Under the pieces are notes generated by a model. The model did not search any database, was not told the DNA's origin, and saw only the letters and a list, made by a program, of their open reading frames with translations. A DNA stretch of 63,992 nucleotides, the filler included, from Licmophora abbreviata (Eukaryota): the NCBI GenBank assembly GCA_900291995.1. It is 13 parts of 13 records of this genome, joined end to end, with 100 filler letters (N's around TTAATTAATTAA, not from the genome) between each part and the next. Parts side by side here need not be neighbours in the genome. Positions count along the whole stretch, not along the records: positions 40,020 to 50,363 come from OLMU01004412.1; positions 50,464 to 59,977 come from OLMU01004414.1; 11 more parts are not named here. The stretch is one strand, 5' to 3'. Every line of letters starts with the position of its first letter. Within the stretch, counting starts at the first letter, position 1. Positions 44,446 through 57,478 of the stretch are shown here, piece by piece. Made by a program: the position numbers and the translations under genes.

Positions 44446-47400
44446 ATGGAGCCTCCTCTTTCGCCGGCAAAGGATCGCTATGCAGCCGCGTTGCGCGACT
44501 CACCGACAGAACGAGGGAGGGCACGGGTCGTGAGGTATTCGCCGTCGTCAACCGTTTCACCTTCTCCTACTGGCAGATATCGCTCCCATGCTTCCCCACC
44601 GCCTCCACCTCCACGAGAGGATATGCCACAGCGAGACACGGGGAGCAGTCGGATCACAGCGAGATGGGAACAGGCGATCGCCACCAAGCTTGAATCTACG
44701 ACCGATGCGGCCGCACCACCCCCTCCTCCACCGCCGCCACCCCCACCACCTCGTTACCCCCCCAATCTCAGACACAGTCATCGACTACGGCGTCTCCACA
44801 GCTGATGCATCAGAAGAAGCAATGGGATGCCAACAAGGATATTCCTAGAGGAACGGTGACGAACAGTCCCTTTCAGCCCGTGATAGACCCGCCGTCTCCT
44901 CCTCCGCCTCAGCTCAAACACCAAAAGAATCAATGGAACGCAAAACGTGATATTCCGCGCGGAAAGGTGACTCAGATTTTCCGAGATAGCTCCTTCGGCT
45001 CTCTGACTCATGATGAAGCTCCGGCAAACTCTCAGGGGACGCAAAAGCCTCCTTCGGTTCTCTCGCCGACAACCCCTCCTCGGCAGAAGCGGCAGCACAC
45101 TCCACGGAGTAGCGACGAAAAGGAATCTGTCCCTCATCGTTCGTGGGCCGACGAAGATGCTTTTTCGGCTCCACGCAAATCACCTGTTCGACAGTGGTTT
45201 GTCGAGCGTAACAGTCCACGCGGAAGTCCAATGATCGGGGCCCTCGAAGCCTTCGACGCCTCGTTTGATTATGATGAAGTCGCCTCTGAAGCTCTTTCAC
45301 CACAGATGCTTCAGCAGAAGAAGCAGTGGGACGCTGAAAAAGATATCCCGCAGGGAACGGTGAAGGAAATGACTTCCAAGTTCGCCTCACCCCCTGAAGT
45401 TTCGCCACGCGGACAAGTGGGAGAAGGGTTCGACGGATTGCAGGCTCCTGCCACGCTGAGTAGTGAAAGTGGGAGTCCGCAGAGACCTTCCCCAAGACGG
45501 CCTGCGGACAAGATAGATCCATGGATTGTGCCGCCTAGTGCTTCGAATCAAATGTTCTCAGCGGGGGACGCATGGGGCGAACCTGCCACGGCGTCAGACT
45601 CGCAGGATTGGAGCGAGGACAAAGACTGGTTCAATGCGTTGTCGCGAGGTGACGAAAACAAAACCGAGGGAAGTCCCGTGAAAGAAGTGTCATCAGCAGG
45701 CTCTTCGATTTTCCCGTTAGACAGTGGGAGCGCGTTTGGTATCCCACAGCTCTCTCTGTCGTTGTCAACGAGCACCGAAGGTCCAGCGGCTGCAACCGAA
45801 GGAAATGAGAAGGTTTCTTCCTGGGATTGAAACCTCGCGTAGTGGGAAGCACTCACCCGATGCCATGTTCTCGCCAGATACCGAATTTTCCTCAAAGGCT
45901 GCCTCGTCGCCACGAGCCAAGGATTTGCGGGTTACTACATTGTCGCCTATGAGTAAAAGTTCGCCTGTCGTGTCTTCGCCTGTCTCCGAAGCTCCGCCTG
46001 AGGCAACTGTCATCACGACTGTAGACATTGCGCCACAGGGAGTAGACGAGGCAGCTGTCAAGGGAGCGACTTTTGTCTACGCAAACGATGAGGAGGATCA
46101 CCTACCGGCCCAGGCGGGGCCATCCTCGTCGAAAGTTGACACGGAGCAAGCACTGGCGCAGGATGCTCCGGATTTCTCGAATGACAATACCGCGAGGCAC
46201 GCGCGAGGAAGGAGAGGGAGGAAAATGAAAACGGCGGATGATGTGCCCAAAGAGAAGAAACGTCGTGGTATTTTTGGGATGTTGAGAGTAAGTGATATCG
46301 TGACATTCATGAAGGAACACCGACAATCGAATCTGTACTCATGCATGTTCGCCGTTATGATTTCTTAGAGCAAGGGCTCAAAAGAGGAAGAGAAAACAGG
46401 CAAACAAAATGGTAGAGAACGAGGTTCAACAAATAAGAAGGGAAGAAACTTCCGTCTGTTTTCCCAGTCCACATCCGTCGATTCTGCAGGCATGGGTCGA
46501 ACTCTGAAGGAATCATCGAACGTATATACTGATACAACCAGTGACACCGACAGAGAGGAGGAATTGCATGTCAAGAAGGGAACTCCAGGAGGTATCCAAG
46601 ATGCGGCCCAAGAGCGCGTGGAAACGACGGACAGTCTGTACGGTCCTGCCGTACCGGAGTTCCAAGAGAACCAGGAAAACGTTGAGGACAAGCCGGACGC
46701 TTCAGTAGCGGTCACCTCCACCAAGAGCGCAGATGACACCATCGTTAGCGAGATGACAAACCCTTCTATTTTTCAAGCGAACTCATCGAGAACTGGCGAG
46801 CTTGTCGTCACTTCTGAAGCGGAAGACCCAATGGCTGCGAGCGAGGCTCTGACTAGCTCGGAAACAGCTCAGGCTTCCGTCGATTTAGGTCAAACTGATG
46901 CATTCGACGCCACCTCTCCCATCTTCTCTTCGGGTGACCATTTTCGTACGCCAATGGAGGGAAACAGCCCAAGAGCGAAAAATCCCACCTTCGACATGAA
47001 GGTAGAGACCGATAGCCAAATTGATCTTGAGAGAGGCCAGGCGCACGCAGAAGCATTGGATGCTCCTGATCCTCCGCTAGAAAGTGTGGAAATGATTTCC
47101 AGTGATGAGGAAGGGCAAGACTCGGCTTCAAAGAGATCTGGACGCTCTCGCTCGGAGGCTCCAGTGACCCCAACCAGCTTCTCGTCTCGGCTCAGCAAGG
47201 CGCGACGCGAAGAACGGCGACGGCGGAGAACGAAAGCGCACCAGGCACTACAGAAACAGTCAGACATACAGAGCTTGGTAGAACATGTTCCCACTCAAAA
47301 ATCCACGCCTGATCCGACTCTGATGATGGAGAAGCTTCCTGAGACCCGCATGGAGCATGCTCAGGACAAGCGACCTTCAGAGCTTGCAGAAGTGCGGTCG

Positions 47401-50084
47401 GTGGCGTCCCAAGGCCAGCCAGGAGGTGTCTACAGTAAGCTTAGGTCAAGGGCTTATGGTCGAAGGTCAGGGCTATCCGGGACGGCTGCGGCCAAGAGCC
47501 CCGGACTGGACGAAAGGACGTTCGACCTATCAAGCTCAGCGAGCCAGAAACCTCGGTCAATTCTGAGAAAGCCACGCCGATCTCTGTCTGGAGAGTTCAT
47601 CGCACCGACGGTAAGTGTTACTCCTTTCGTTGACCTAGTATGTCGCTCCGACCATTGTCTAATGTACAAAAAATTGCATTCTTGCAGTTCTCTGACCCCC
47701 AGAACGACGATCCAGTGCTTCGGGCAGGACTTCGTCTCTTAGGAGCTGCTGTAGTTCCAATTCAGACTGAAGTCCGACGGTTCCTGGCGAAGCGTGAAGC
47801 CTTAAATCGCATGTGGGCGCTTATCGTCGTGCAGTCAGCCATCCGTCGCCGTCTATGTGTGAAGGATTATCAGAAACAGGTTTTGGCAGTCCTTGATATA
47901 CAGCGTGTCTATCGTGGATGGCAGGTAAGGGACCAGGTGGAAGACGAGCACTACTGTGCAAAGCAGATTCAACGACATGTGAGAGGCTATCTTGCGACTC
48001 TTGCCGTTTACGAAGACATCTACAAAGTTACACTTCTGCAAAGCTATGTCCGAATGAAGTTTGCGGTGGATCTCGCCACTGATCGCATGGCAGTAGTGAT
48101 CCAGCTGCAGTCTCTTGTTCGCGGGTACATGGTGAGATATAGAAAGAAAGAGCTCACCGAAAAATCCACTGCCATTCAGGCCACGTGGCGTCGCTACCAT
48201 GCGAGAATGAACTACAAGTTCGACCTGCTCGATATTCTGATGGTGCAAAATCTCTACCGACAGAGACTTGCAGTGTCGGCATTGAAACAGCTGAAAAGAG
48301 AGGAAATGTCAGCTTTGACTCTCCAAAAGGGCTGGTCGCGCTACCAATTTATGCGCGACAGACATGTAGCTGCTACAGTGATCCAATGCTTCTGGAGGCG
48401 ATACGTTGCAGAAACCGACTTTCTTGTTCTGCGGGCTGAAGATTATGCCGCCACAACAATCCAGAAGAACTGGAGGAGGTTCTTGGGTTTCTCCTCCTTC
48501 ATTATCATGCTGGACAGTTCCATTCGAATCCAGGCTGCCGTGCGTGGGCTCGTGGTCTCTAAGCAGATCCAGCGAGAGAATAGTAGCGCGATCCGAATCC
48601 AAGCTGCTATGCGTAGCTTCGGCGTGCGTTCTCAGTCTCGGCGGCTCTCAGTGGTCGATCATGCATTGAAGACGGGCGGTGATCTGTCTCAAAAAGAGGC
48701 GAAAGCAGCGACTTGTGTTCAAAGTGTGTACCGTGGGTATGCTGAATACCAGAACTATGTCAACTACATTGCAGCTCGTCGTCTCCAATGTTGCTGGAGA
48801 AGGACTCAGGCGTATCGAGAGCGCGCCACTCGGCGAACGGAGCGACAAGCGGCCACTACAATCCAGACCTCGTGGCGAGGATTCATTTGCTACACAGATT
48901 TCGTCTTCACGATTGCAGACGTTATTTCTGTACAGCGTACTGCTCGAAAGTTCATCGCTCAACGCAAATATCCGCAACTGCGTTGGGAATGGGAACGAAA
49001 TAGGGCTGCTGTCACTATCCAGCGCACGCAAAGGGGCCACATGTATCGAGTTTCATCGGAGCGCAATCGACAAGTGCTCGAGCTGGAGTCTGCCATTCAG
49101 ATCCAGAGAATCGTGCGCGGCCATGGGGCCCTAAAGGCTTACCAACAACAAAGGCTCGACTCCATAATGCAGACTTCCTCTTTTGAAGCAACAAGGGAGG
49201 CGGCATGTGCCACTACTATTACTCGTTGGTGGCGAAAACTCTGGTTGATTCGTCAAACCGCGGAGGCTGTGACGATTCAGGTTTGGTGGAGGAAGCTCAG
49301 GCTAAGTCGCGGTCTGGCGGCGTGGTCCAATTCAATTCGTCGCCATGTGGCAGCAAGTATTATTCAGGAGTGGTGGAGGATTGTTCTATTTTACAAAGAT
49401 GAGAAAGAATCACAAGCTGCTCGAGTTTTGCAGCGTTTCTTTGTTATGGTCAAGATTGAGGTTGACCGCGAAATTCGTGCTGAGAAAGAACGGCGCAAGA
49501 AGAAGAATCAGTGGAAGAGGAGACGAACTCCCGAGACGGAGGACGCTCTTCTCGAAAGCGTCTGGGTGAACACGGTTGAGAGTCTGGACGACCCTCAGTT
49601 TGAGGAGCGACCACCCACGCTCCACGACGCTTCTAGACATTTGGTTCGTTCGACGAGTGCACCGCGCCCTCCCAGGCGTGACAACCGACGTGAGGGATCA
49701 AATTCCTCCCCTGGTAAGCATCGATCGCGACGTTCGCGTGCGACATCTGAGGACAACCACGTTGAAGCACGTGCCCGGTCCATGTCACGAAAGCAGCCTC
49801 GTTTGCCCCCGAGGTACTCGAACCCTCCCCCAGCTGAGAAGATCGGCATCCGATCTGCTGCTTCTTATGACGACGCAGCCAGTGACATATCGGGCCTTAC
49901 GGCGTTGACGCCGAGACATCCGTCCTCGCGGCTGACTTCGTTCACCAGCAAAGATTTGCAGGACGATTATTCTTTGGAAGAAGCGTGGATTGATACTGAA
50001 ATCCGTCAAGTCAAGGCAAAACATCGATCGGCAGGAAGCAAAAAGAAGAAGAAGACATCGAAGTCTCTCCGCACCAAGAAATAA
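44446..50084 (+). CDS. Large protein with Pro/Ser-rich disordered N-terminus and C-terminal array of IQ calmodulin-binding motifs (ASPM-like); multi-exon, probable frameshifts near 44762 and 45828
   Basis: Consecutive + ORFs are joined by GT-AG introns (~46288-46368, ~47611-47687). There are about 20 IQxxxRGxxxR-like motifs (IQRVYRGWQVR, IQRHVRGYLA, LQSLVRGYMVR, IQAAVRG, IQTSWRG and others). Confidence 0.75.
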
Positions 50085-50516
50085 GTTCACGAAGCAGAGG
50101 TTTTCCCTAGGCTGTTTGGCGAGAAAAGTGTTCTATGTTCATAAGTTGTGAATATGTGCGAAAGAGTGTGCGTATGTGTGAAAGAGTTATTTGTAACGCC
50201 GTCACTAGTAGATTAAGCATGAGTAATAAGATCATCCATGGTTGTTTTGTTACCTCGTCATGTCTTCTCACCACGGCTTGCACCTCCAGAACCCCGCTAT
50301 CGCGATACGTCGACTTCTTCGACTCGGGTGTGGACGTCTAGCAGATCTTGAGATCCCTGTAGGNNNNNNNNNNNNNNNNNNNNNNNNNNNNNNNNNNNNN
50401 NNNNNNNTTAATTAATTAANNNNNNNNNNNNNNNNNNNNNNNNNNNNNNNNNNNNNNNNNNNNCAAAACGTCCTGTCTTGGAAGAGTCGAAACCAGGCCT
50501 ACGGGCACACGAAACG

Positions 50517-52252
50517 ATGCATGCTCAGTCTCTCCTGCTTGGTCTGGCCTTTCTTGCAATTTGGACACCGCAGAACATGATGGCGCCGAATCTAACGGCG
50601 ATGGCAGACGAGTTTCATTTCAAGACGGCCGCAGAACGCGATACCTATCTCGGAAGCAACCTCGCCCTGGCGACCGGAGTACTGTCGCTCCCCATTGCTG
50701 GGGGTATTGGTATTCTAGCTGACATGTGGAACCGAAAGCATCTGTTTGTCTTGACCATTGCTGCCAGCGGTGCATTTGCAGCCCTGACAGGAGCCTCTCG
50801 ATCATACCACTGGTTGTTCCTGGCAAGGTTGCTTAACGGAGGATGCATGAGTGGAAGTGTTCCAGTGGCCTTTTCGTTGCTTGGTGATCTTTTTGATACC
50901 CACGAACGGAACGTTGCCAGCTCGGCGTTGACAGCCATGATGGGAATGGGAATTATCGGTGGACAAGTCTACGCAGGCGTCGTGGGAAGCACCTTGGGAT
51001 GGCCACATGCCTTTTACGTGTCCTTTGTCTTCACCTTGACGACTTCGATACTCGTTCTATTTTTAGTACAAGAACCAGTGCGAGGCGGCAAGGAGAAGGT
51101 CCTACAAGATATGCTTGAACAAGGGGCGCAGTACGACCGGAAACTCACTTGGGAAGGGTTTACACACACGATGAGACACAACAAGAGCAATTCGATTCTC
51201 CTATGGCAAGGGTTCTTTTCCAGCATTCCATGGGGCGTGATGTTTGTGTTCCTCAATGACTATCTGTCTCAAGAGCGAGGATTCAGTGTTCCTGATGCGA
51301 CATATCTTGTGTTCATCTTTGGCCTAGGCTGTGCTCTTGGAGGCATCACAGGAGGGTATTTGGGTGGCATTTTTCACGTTGAAAACCCCTCGTATCTCCC
51401 TCTTTTCATGTCTGCAACTACATTCTTGGGAATCTTCCCATTTCTTGCACTCTTGAATGGCAGCTTTACAAACGCCCATGGTTACAAAGCCATTGGATAC
51501 TCGTTCCTCGCTGGGACAATTGCCTCGTTACCATCTGTCAGCGTTCGGCCGTGTATAATCAATGTAAATCCACCCGAAACCAGAGGAGCTGCACTGACTG
51601 CCGCCAACCTCATCATCCAGCTGGCGAGAGGGATCGGTCCATCGTTCATTACCCTCATGGTGGCCATTTTTGGCGTGAATCGACGGTTTAGCCTCAATGT
51701 GACGGTACGTGCGCGTTGATCTGCCTAGCGATGTCCTGCGGAGCAAATCAAATATCTTATGCATCTCTCTTTCTTGATCAGCTTGTTGGGTTTTGGGTTT
51801 TTTCATCAATTCAACTCTTGTTCTTGGCAAGGTCCCTCCCTCGGGATCAAGATGCCATGGAGGCCGAGCTTGCCAAGTACGCTGCCTCAGCGATGGAAAG
51901 AGCCGAAAGCAGCATCCCTGAAGAGGAATCGATTGTCAGCATCGAAGAGAGAATGACCTCGTTCGATGCTGGCGCGGCCCGGCAATCGATCAAGTTTGTA
52001 GGCGATGCCATTCGAGAGATTGAGCAGGAAATCCGGATCAAGAGGCCTTCCCTCCTTTCATGCGGAAGCGATGATGACGAAGGCGACGCCGACATGGAGC
52101 GGCGTCGCAACGCGTGGATAGATCAGCAGCATGCTCTTCAAGACGATCAGCGAGCAGAAATCGGCGATCGCCGTGAGAGGTTTCGGAGCGGAGCGCGGAG
52201 ACTACAGACCTCGGAGCTGTTGCTTCCCACCGAGAAGACCTCGCTTCTGTAG
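50517..52252 (+). CDS. Major facilitator superfamily transporter (spinster-like); intron ~51705-51781
   Basis: Contains GILADMWNRKHL (motif A), LARLLNG, SLLGDLF..ERNVAS, EPVRGGKE and NVNPPETRG, with about 12 TM segments. The 5' end may lie in the gap. Confidence 0.88.
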
Positions 52253-52302
52253 CTATGCACAGAGGGGCCTCCTGCGCTAGATAATCTTTCTATGCCATGT
52301 AC

Positions 52303-52881
52303 CTATGATACACAGCACGTCGTTGTGACATTCTGCATCATTGTCAAGCCAGATTCGCGGCGCCCCCATCGAACTATCACGTCTCTTGCATCGTTGGATT
52401 CTATTGCTTGCATGCCGTTGTCGGTGATCCGTCGCCCAGTCGAATTTTGAACAACAATCACGGACGGCACCTGTGTCGCACCCACCAGCTTCAGAATCCC
52501 AGCTCGATTCTCGTGCTCCCACGGAAGACACGAGAAGCCTGTTCCGTGGCAGAGGTACCCCGCCTCTGCGTCGTTCGGTACACACACACACTGGCATTCT
52601 TCTTTGGCATGGAACTGCACAAACTCCACGAGAGCCGGGCGAAACCGACTCGTGTTGAGATTGTGAGAGTCTGCGAGAAAGAACAGAGTGAAGTCAGACA
52701 GCGAGGGATCGTACTCTTCCAGAACAAGCGGAGGTGCCCCGCCGGTAGGTCTGCCCGCTTTTCGGCGTCGCATCCAACGTGTTGTCTCTTCCAAAGTTTC
52801 TGCATTGTAAGCGTATTTTGGGAGGCGACCCGTCACCAGCGCCAGTATTCCTCGTCTCCGAACAACTGGAGGTGCCTCCAT
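52303..52881 (-). CDS. Thioredoxin-fold (nucleoredoxin/tryparedoxin-like) protein lacking the CxxC motif
   Basis: Pattern LFFLADSHNLNTSRFRPALVEF..CLPWEH..GATQVPSVIVV..TGRRITDNG matches the nucleoredoxin layout. WCxxC is replaced by HNLNT. Confidence 0.65.
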   Translation of the reverse strand: MEAPPVVRRRGILALVTGRLPKYAYNAETLEETTRWMRRRKAGRPTGGAPPLVLEEYDPSLSDFTLFFLADSHNLNTSRFRPALVEFVQFHAKEECQCVCVPNDAEAGYLCHGTGFSCLPWEHENRAGILKLVGATQVPSVIVVQNSTGRRITDNGMQAIESNDARDVIVRWGRRESGLTMMQNVTTTCCVS

Positions 52882-53145
52882 GGTTTCATTTGACTGTCAT
52901 TTGCTTTCGGTAGCCCCTCTTGCACCTTCGGTGCGATGCGATGTGCGATAGCGACGATGAATTTCGAAATTATTGGCGAGCAAGAGAGAGCTTGAACAAA
53001 GAGCTCGTAGCTCGCAAACCCCGGAAGATGCGCTTTGAACTTGCGGGATGAGGTTTCGAAAGTCTACAACAATCTCGTTCGGTTTCACTCGGTATTACCT
53101 GGTACCTACTTCAAAAATGGACTAGCAAAGAGTGGCATTGTCCCC

Positions 53146-54684
53146 TTACCGTCTTGGATGCGTAGCTTTCCAGCGTGCCATCCACTGGTGGATTGCAGCT
53201 TTCTCCTCGCGGCGTACTACGACAACAGACGGCGGGTCCATCGGATGTGAGCCACGTAGGTCCAAATGATGCGCCCCATTTTCAATGATGCGAATGATGA
53301 TTGATTCTGGAGCGCCTTTAGGTTGCTGTTGGATTCCTGCTGCCCGCCAAGGATCCAACTGACCACTTGTCAAGAAGATGTTCGAGCCCGCAGATATGTC
53401 AGCTCCCATGAAAGTCATCTCCTCCCAGTTGGGTCGGGGTTGAACGCCGAATTGTCTCATGCAGTCCTCATAGTAAGCAGTCTGATTGGGGCTATATGGA
53501 AGTTCAAAGTCTGTTTGTCCATCTGTCGGCATTGGCTGATACACTTCAGTACAGGTCTGGTAACCCCAGGCACTGCCATCGGTGAGCTGCGATACCTCAA
53601 CATGCCGTTGATCAATCAGCCGACTTCCACTTTCTTCCTTGTGTCGACGCTCGAAGCGACGACGCTGACTAGCGACTTGACTTCGGTCTCCCTTTCGTTC
53701 CCAATGTCTCATTGCCTCCGATACGACCATTGAATCAAAGTCAAAACATGCCCCTGCCTGACCGGTATGATTGTGGTACACATCTACAGCGGCACGAAGC
53801 GCACCGAGGCCTGTCCCCACCGACAGCATCTTCTCACAAGCCACTCTGAACGGATACGCGGGAACAGGATTGTAAAAGGTCGTCGGATACGGGTAACCGT
53901 ACTGGACCATTGTCTCCAGTGCATCGCTGACCCATCCATGAATCTCGTCAGCAGCCGTACTATCCTGCAATGGATTGCACAAGCCGAGTGCATTGGCGAT
54001 CTTATCTCGCCCTTCCTGGGTAGCAGCACCACCATAGAGCTCTTTCCAGCCCAATCGAACCAGCTGGGGACACACAGCAGACACGTTTCCGTAGGCTTCT
54101 GTCTCAATACGCCCGAATGCGTTGGTCTCTCTCAGTAAATGCTTCAGCGGCGTGGCCGACGAAGCGATTGCCCCAGCCCACAAGTTAGGATTTTTCAGTC
54201 GGAGCCACATGGCCAAGTTGCCACCATAGCTGCCTCCAAAGGCGATAAATGCAGTATCTGACGTCATGTTCCACTGGTTTCGAATGTGCAAATTCAGCGT
54301 GTTGAAGTCTGCCATGGCCTGCTCGACGGTCAAAAATGACATGTCACCGTCGTCTGAAATGATACTTTCTCCATAGTACCGGTGCTCCGCGAAGACCACC
54401 AACGCACCGAACTCTTTCGATGCGTCAAAGAGGAAACCGCTGTTATTAATAAACTGAAATATATTCGCCTCATTGCCCGCATAGAAGAAGCAAGGCCCCG
54501 AGTTTTCATTCCAGTGGTCATCGTTCACAAAGTATCGGAGCGGAAATGTTCGGGTCGAATGAAAAGTGTAGTGGTCCACGACGGCATGAAAGATATGTCT
54601 GTCGACGCTGTATGAAGCCGATGCTAAAGCGAGCCACAGCAGGATCGTTGCTATGGTTCTCGGCACGGTCATCGCTCTCGTCAT
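53146..54684 (-). CDS. Serine peptidase family S28 (prolylcarboxypeptidase/DPP7-like), secreted or lysosomal
   Basis: Signal peptide, then FFYAGNE, FAEHRYYGES, EQAMAD, FGGSYGG (catalytic Ser), YQTCTE, GQLDPW and GAHHLDL. Confidence 0.95.
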   Translation of the reverse strand: MTRAMTVPRTIATILLWLALASASYSVDRHIFHAVVDHYTFHSTRTFPLRYFVNDDHWNENSGPCFFYAGNEANIFQFINNSGFLFDASKEFGALVVFAEHRYYGESIISDDGDMSFLTVEQAMADFNTLNLHIRNQWNMTSDTAFIAFGGSYGGNLAMWLRLKNPNLWAGAIASSATPLKHLLRETNAFGRIETEAYGNVSAVCPQLVRLGWKELYGGAATQEGRDKIANALGLCNPLQDSTAADEIHGWVSDALETMVQYGYPYPTTFYNPVPAYPFRVACEKMLSVGTGLGALRAAVDVYHNHTGQAGACFDFDSMVVSEAMRHWERKGDRSQVASQRRRFERRHKEESGSRLIDQRHVEVSQLTDGSAWGYQTCTEVYQPMPTDGQTDFELPYSPNQTAYYEDCMRQFGVQPRPNWEEMTFMGADISAGSNIFLTSGQLDPWRAAGIQQQPKGAPESIIIRIIENGAHHLDLRGSHPMDPPSVVVVRREEKAAIHQWMARWKATHPRR

Positions 54685-54841
54685 CGTCGCTCAAACTGAA
54701 AACTGTCATGGAACGCGTTGAACCGAATTGACTTGGCATGAAATTCAGAATTCCGGGTCCCCTGAAGTGTGGCGGGCGGCGCACGTACCAGAGAGGACGA
54801 AACCAACGATAACCGCATTCTCTACGAAGTTGCTCCACTCC

Positions 54842-56334
54842 TTAGCCTACCATGTTGCTAGTTAGACTATCAATACGTTTCTTTCGCTCCATGGCACTTG
54901 CTATGCGAAGCGACCACACTTCCATGGCTTTTGTGAAGGCGACTCTCCGGTCTCCACGCCATACAGTTCCATCTTGTTTGTCACCAATCACATTCTGAAA
55001 GAGTTGCCAACACGTGCGCTGCTTTTGCTTCACTTCGGTCCCAGAGTATTGACGGAGAATCCGTGGTAGATCAATGATACGGGCCTCACTGACGCGAACA
55101 ATACACTCGGACCAGTCAATTTCGGGGTGGAAAGGAGCGACAAAATCTTGCGTGACGACTGGTATTCCTCCAGTGGACAGTATTTCAGCGAACCGATACG
55201 AACCAACACTGGAACCTCCTGGAGCGAACCCAAACGTACTATTCCACATCATATCATCGTATGATGACGCAGGAAGACTGTAAGGCTTGATAACGACCTT
55301 TCCCCTCCAACTAGGTTTCGACGTTTGCATTGCACGTCCACCAGTACGTCAGGAGTATCCTCCCAATATTCGGCTGCCAGCCATCTGTGTTGATAATAAG
55401 GATGCATTGAATTCTGAATACTGCCTCTAAAGGTCAAGAGCCATGTTCGTGGTCGATGTATGCCTTGCACAATACCGGAGCGTCCCCACGGGCGTGGGAG
55501 AGGTATTGTGAGATCGTATCCCAAGCGCATGTGCGCCCTAGTCAAGGATCCAGAGGCCAGAGCCGCTCGTTCTGAATGAAAGGTGGTAAAAGGCGCATCA
55601 CAATGATCCGAGTGAAAAAAGCAATGGGATTCCCAGAGGAGGTTATTTTGGCCACCATTCCAGTGCAAGGCACTTGTCATGTCACCCGCTGACTTGTACA
55701 TGCCTCGAGTCACCAACACCAGACAAGCTTGTTCGTGTGTATCCACTCGTTGGAGCTTGGCTGCTGAAGAGGACTTGCCTAGGCTGTTGATGGCATAGTC
55801 AAGGAGTCTATGGGGACCAGTGGCGTTTGTAAAGACAGTAAGGGTTGTATCGTTGCATCGAGAGAGATTGAAGCACGTCGAGACTGTACACATAGGTTGA
55901 TTCACATAGAGTATGGTGTCGACTTTTCCGATTCCAAATCTGGTCAAGGTGCGACCCTCCATACCATCGTTCGAGGTAGGATCAAAGTGACTCTGAAATC
56001 GCGGTGGGTCATCCCATTCTTGTCTAGAAAAGTGAGGACAGTGTCCCTTCGGCCTGACTGTAACACACCTTCCTTCATGGCACTCTTGACATTGCCATTG
56101 CCGATTCCTCCACTGACAAGACCTCCCCACGCTCAAGTCATCTTGAACAGGAGGAGACACTCTCTCCACAGGCAGGTGGATGACTTGATCAAGAGACTTG
56201 ATCGAGCGTTGTCCAATGGAAATGCTCGCTAGCGACACGGCCACCACCACTGCCACGACCACGAACCCAGCAGTAAGTCTTCTCCTGCTTCGAAGCGGAC
56301 GAGTCTTCTTTCCTACTTTAGCACTACGCTCCAT
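54842..56334 (-). CDS. Exostosin-family (GT47) glycosyltransferase, type II membrane; frameshift near 55300
   Basis: N-terminal TM, then WNGGQNNL, RLGYDLTIPL, LLTFRG, STFGFAPGG..GSYRFAEILSTGGIPV and PFHPEIDW. The frame changes in a G/A run. Confidence 0.88.
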
Positions 56335-56735
56335 TGTTACTGAAAAGGCATCGCTCCTTGCCAACGCCGCACTGCATAATGAACGACAGAGTGCAGCATC
56401 AGAAGATGGATGATGATGCGGCCTCTTGCCGCCATAATGAAAAGTGAGAATGCGGTCTGGACCAGGTATGGCTGAAAGGAGTAAATGGAATAAGAGAATT
56501 TCGAAGTTACCAATACACTAACAGCGTCTAGGGCCCTGCTAACGAAAACAAGACGGCGGCAGAGTTGAACTATGAGATCCCGGAAGTCGAACTGTTATCA
56601 TCATCATTCTTCGCTCCCGGGAGATTGGAAACTGAGCAACTTTCCAACCTTCAACTAGAGGAAGCACCGCTCTGCTACCTAAAGTGAACACTGACACTCT
56701 CTTCACCTATAAAACAAAATAGCATCATCATCGCG

Positions 56736-57140
56736 TCATCTCCTCAGGTCCTCCCGAGTCCGTTTCTGCACAGGAATCAAACTGAAGGATGGCAGCGCTG
56801 CTCCTCCACTCGGAAACCCCCCTCGATCCGCAGGCCGTACATTCGGATCGATGCCTTGCCAAGACTGTACGGAATCGTAAATGCTCTTCTCACATGCCAG
56901 CGTGAAGAAGGGCAGAGCGAGCAATCCGTACACGCCGACAGGACTCTTGACGACCGTCTCGACTACTTTGACTGTGGCTCCCCGTGAGTGCCCGTAGCAG
57001 AATGCTGTGAAGGGAACCATGGCGGCAGCAAACGAATACATCCAAGCGGATGATGATGAGTTCTCGCTGCTTCGGTCGTCATGTTCTGAAAGAATGTTTG
57101 GCGATGTTGTTGATGTGGCGACAGATGGAGAGGAAGACAT
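56736..57140 (-). CDS. Hypothetical small membrane protein
   Basis: 134-aa ATG-initiated ORF with two hydrophobic segments and a GGFPSGG motif. No family recognised. Confidence 0.55.
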   Translation of the reverse strand: MSSSPSVATSTTSPNILSEHDDRSSENSSSSAWMYSFAAAMVPFTAFCYGHSRGATVKVVETVVKSPVGVYGLLALPFFTLACEKSIYDSVQSWQGIDPNVRPADRGGFPSGGAALPSFSLIPVQKRTREDLRR

Positions 57141-57478
57141 GCTTTTGAAAGGTTTGTTTCTAGCCAGTAAGGTATTTTACAGTCGATAGGAGAGCGGCGA
57201 TGGAGTGAATGAAACGAGATCACAACTTCGAAATAGGGCGTGCATGTGATCTCATCTCGTCCTTCGCTCTCTCGCACCAATGACGTGTTGACCGCGAACC
57301 GCTCTTCTTCGATAATCCCGGTTGAAGTTTGTTTTTGTACCACAAACTTGCGTAGCTTCTACGACATCACAACACGCACGAGAGCTCGAACTTCAACACG
57401 GAAAAGAGCATTGAGTTCAAACTGGTTGAAAGTTACCACAATATCTCTTGCAGGAGCATTACCATCATTGCAATCGTC

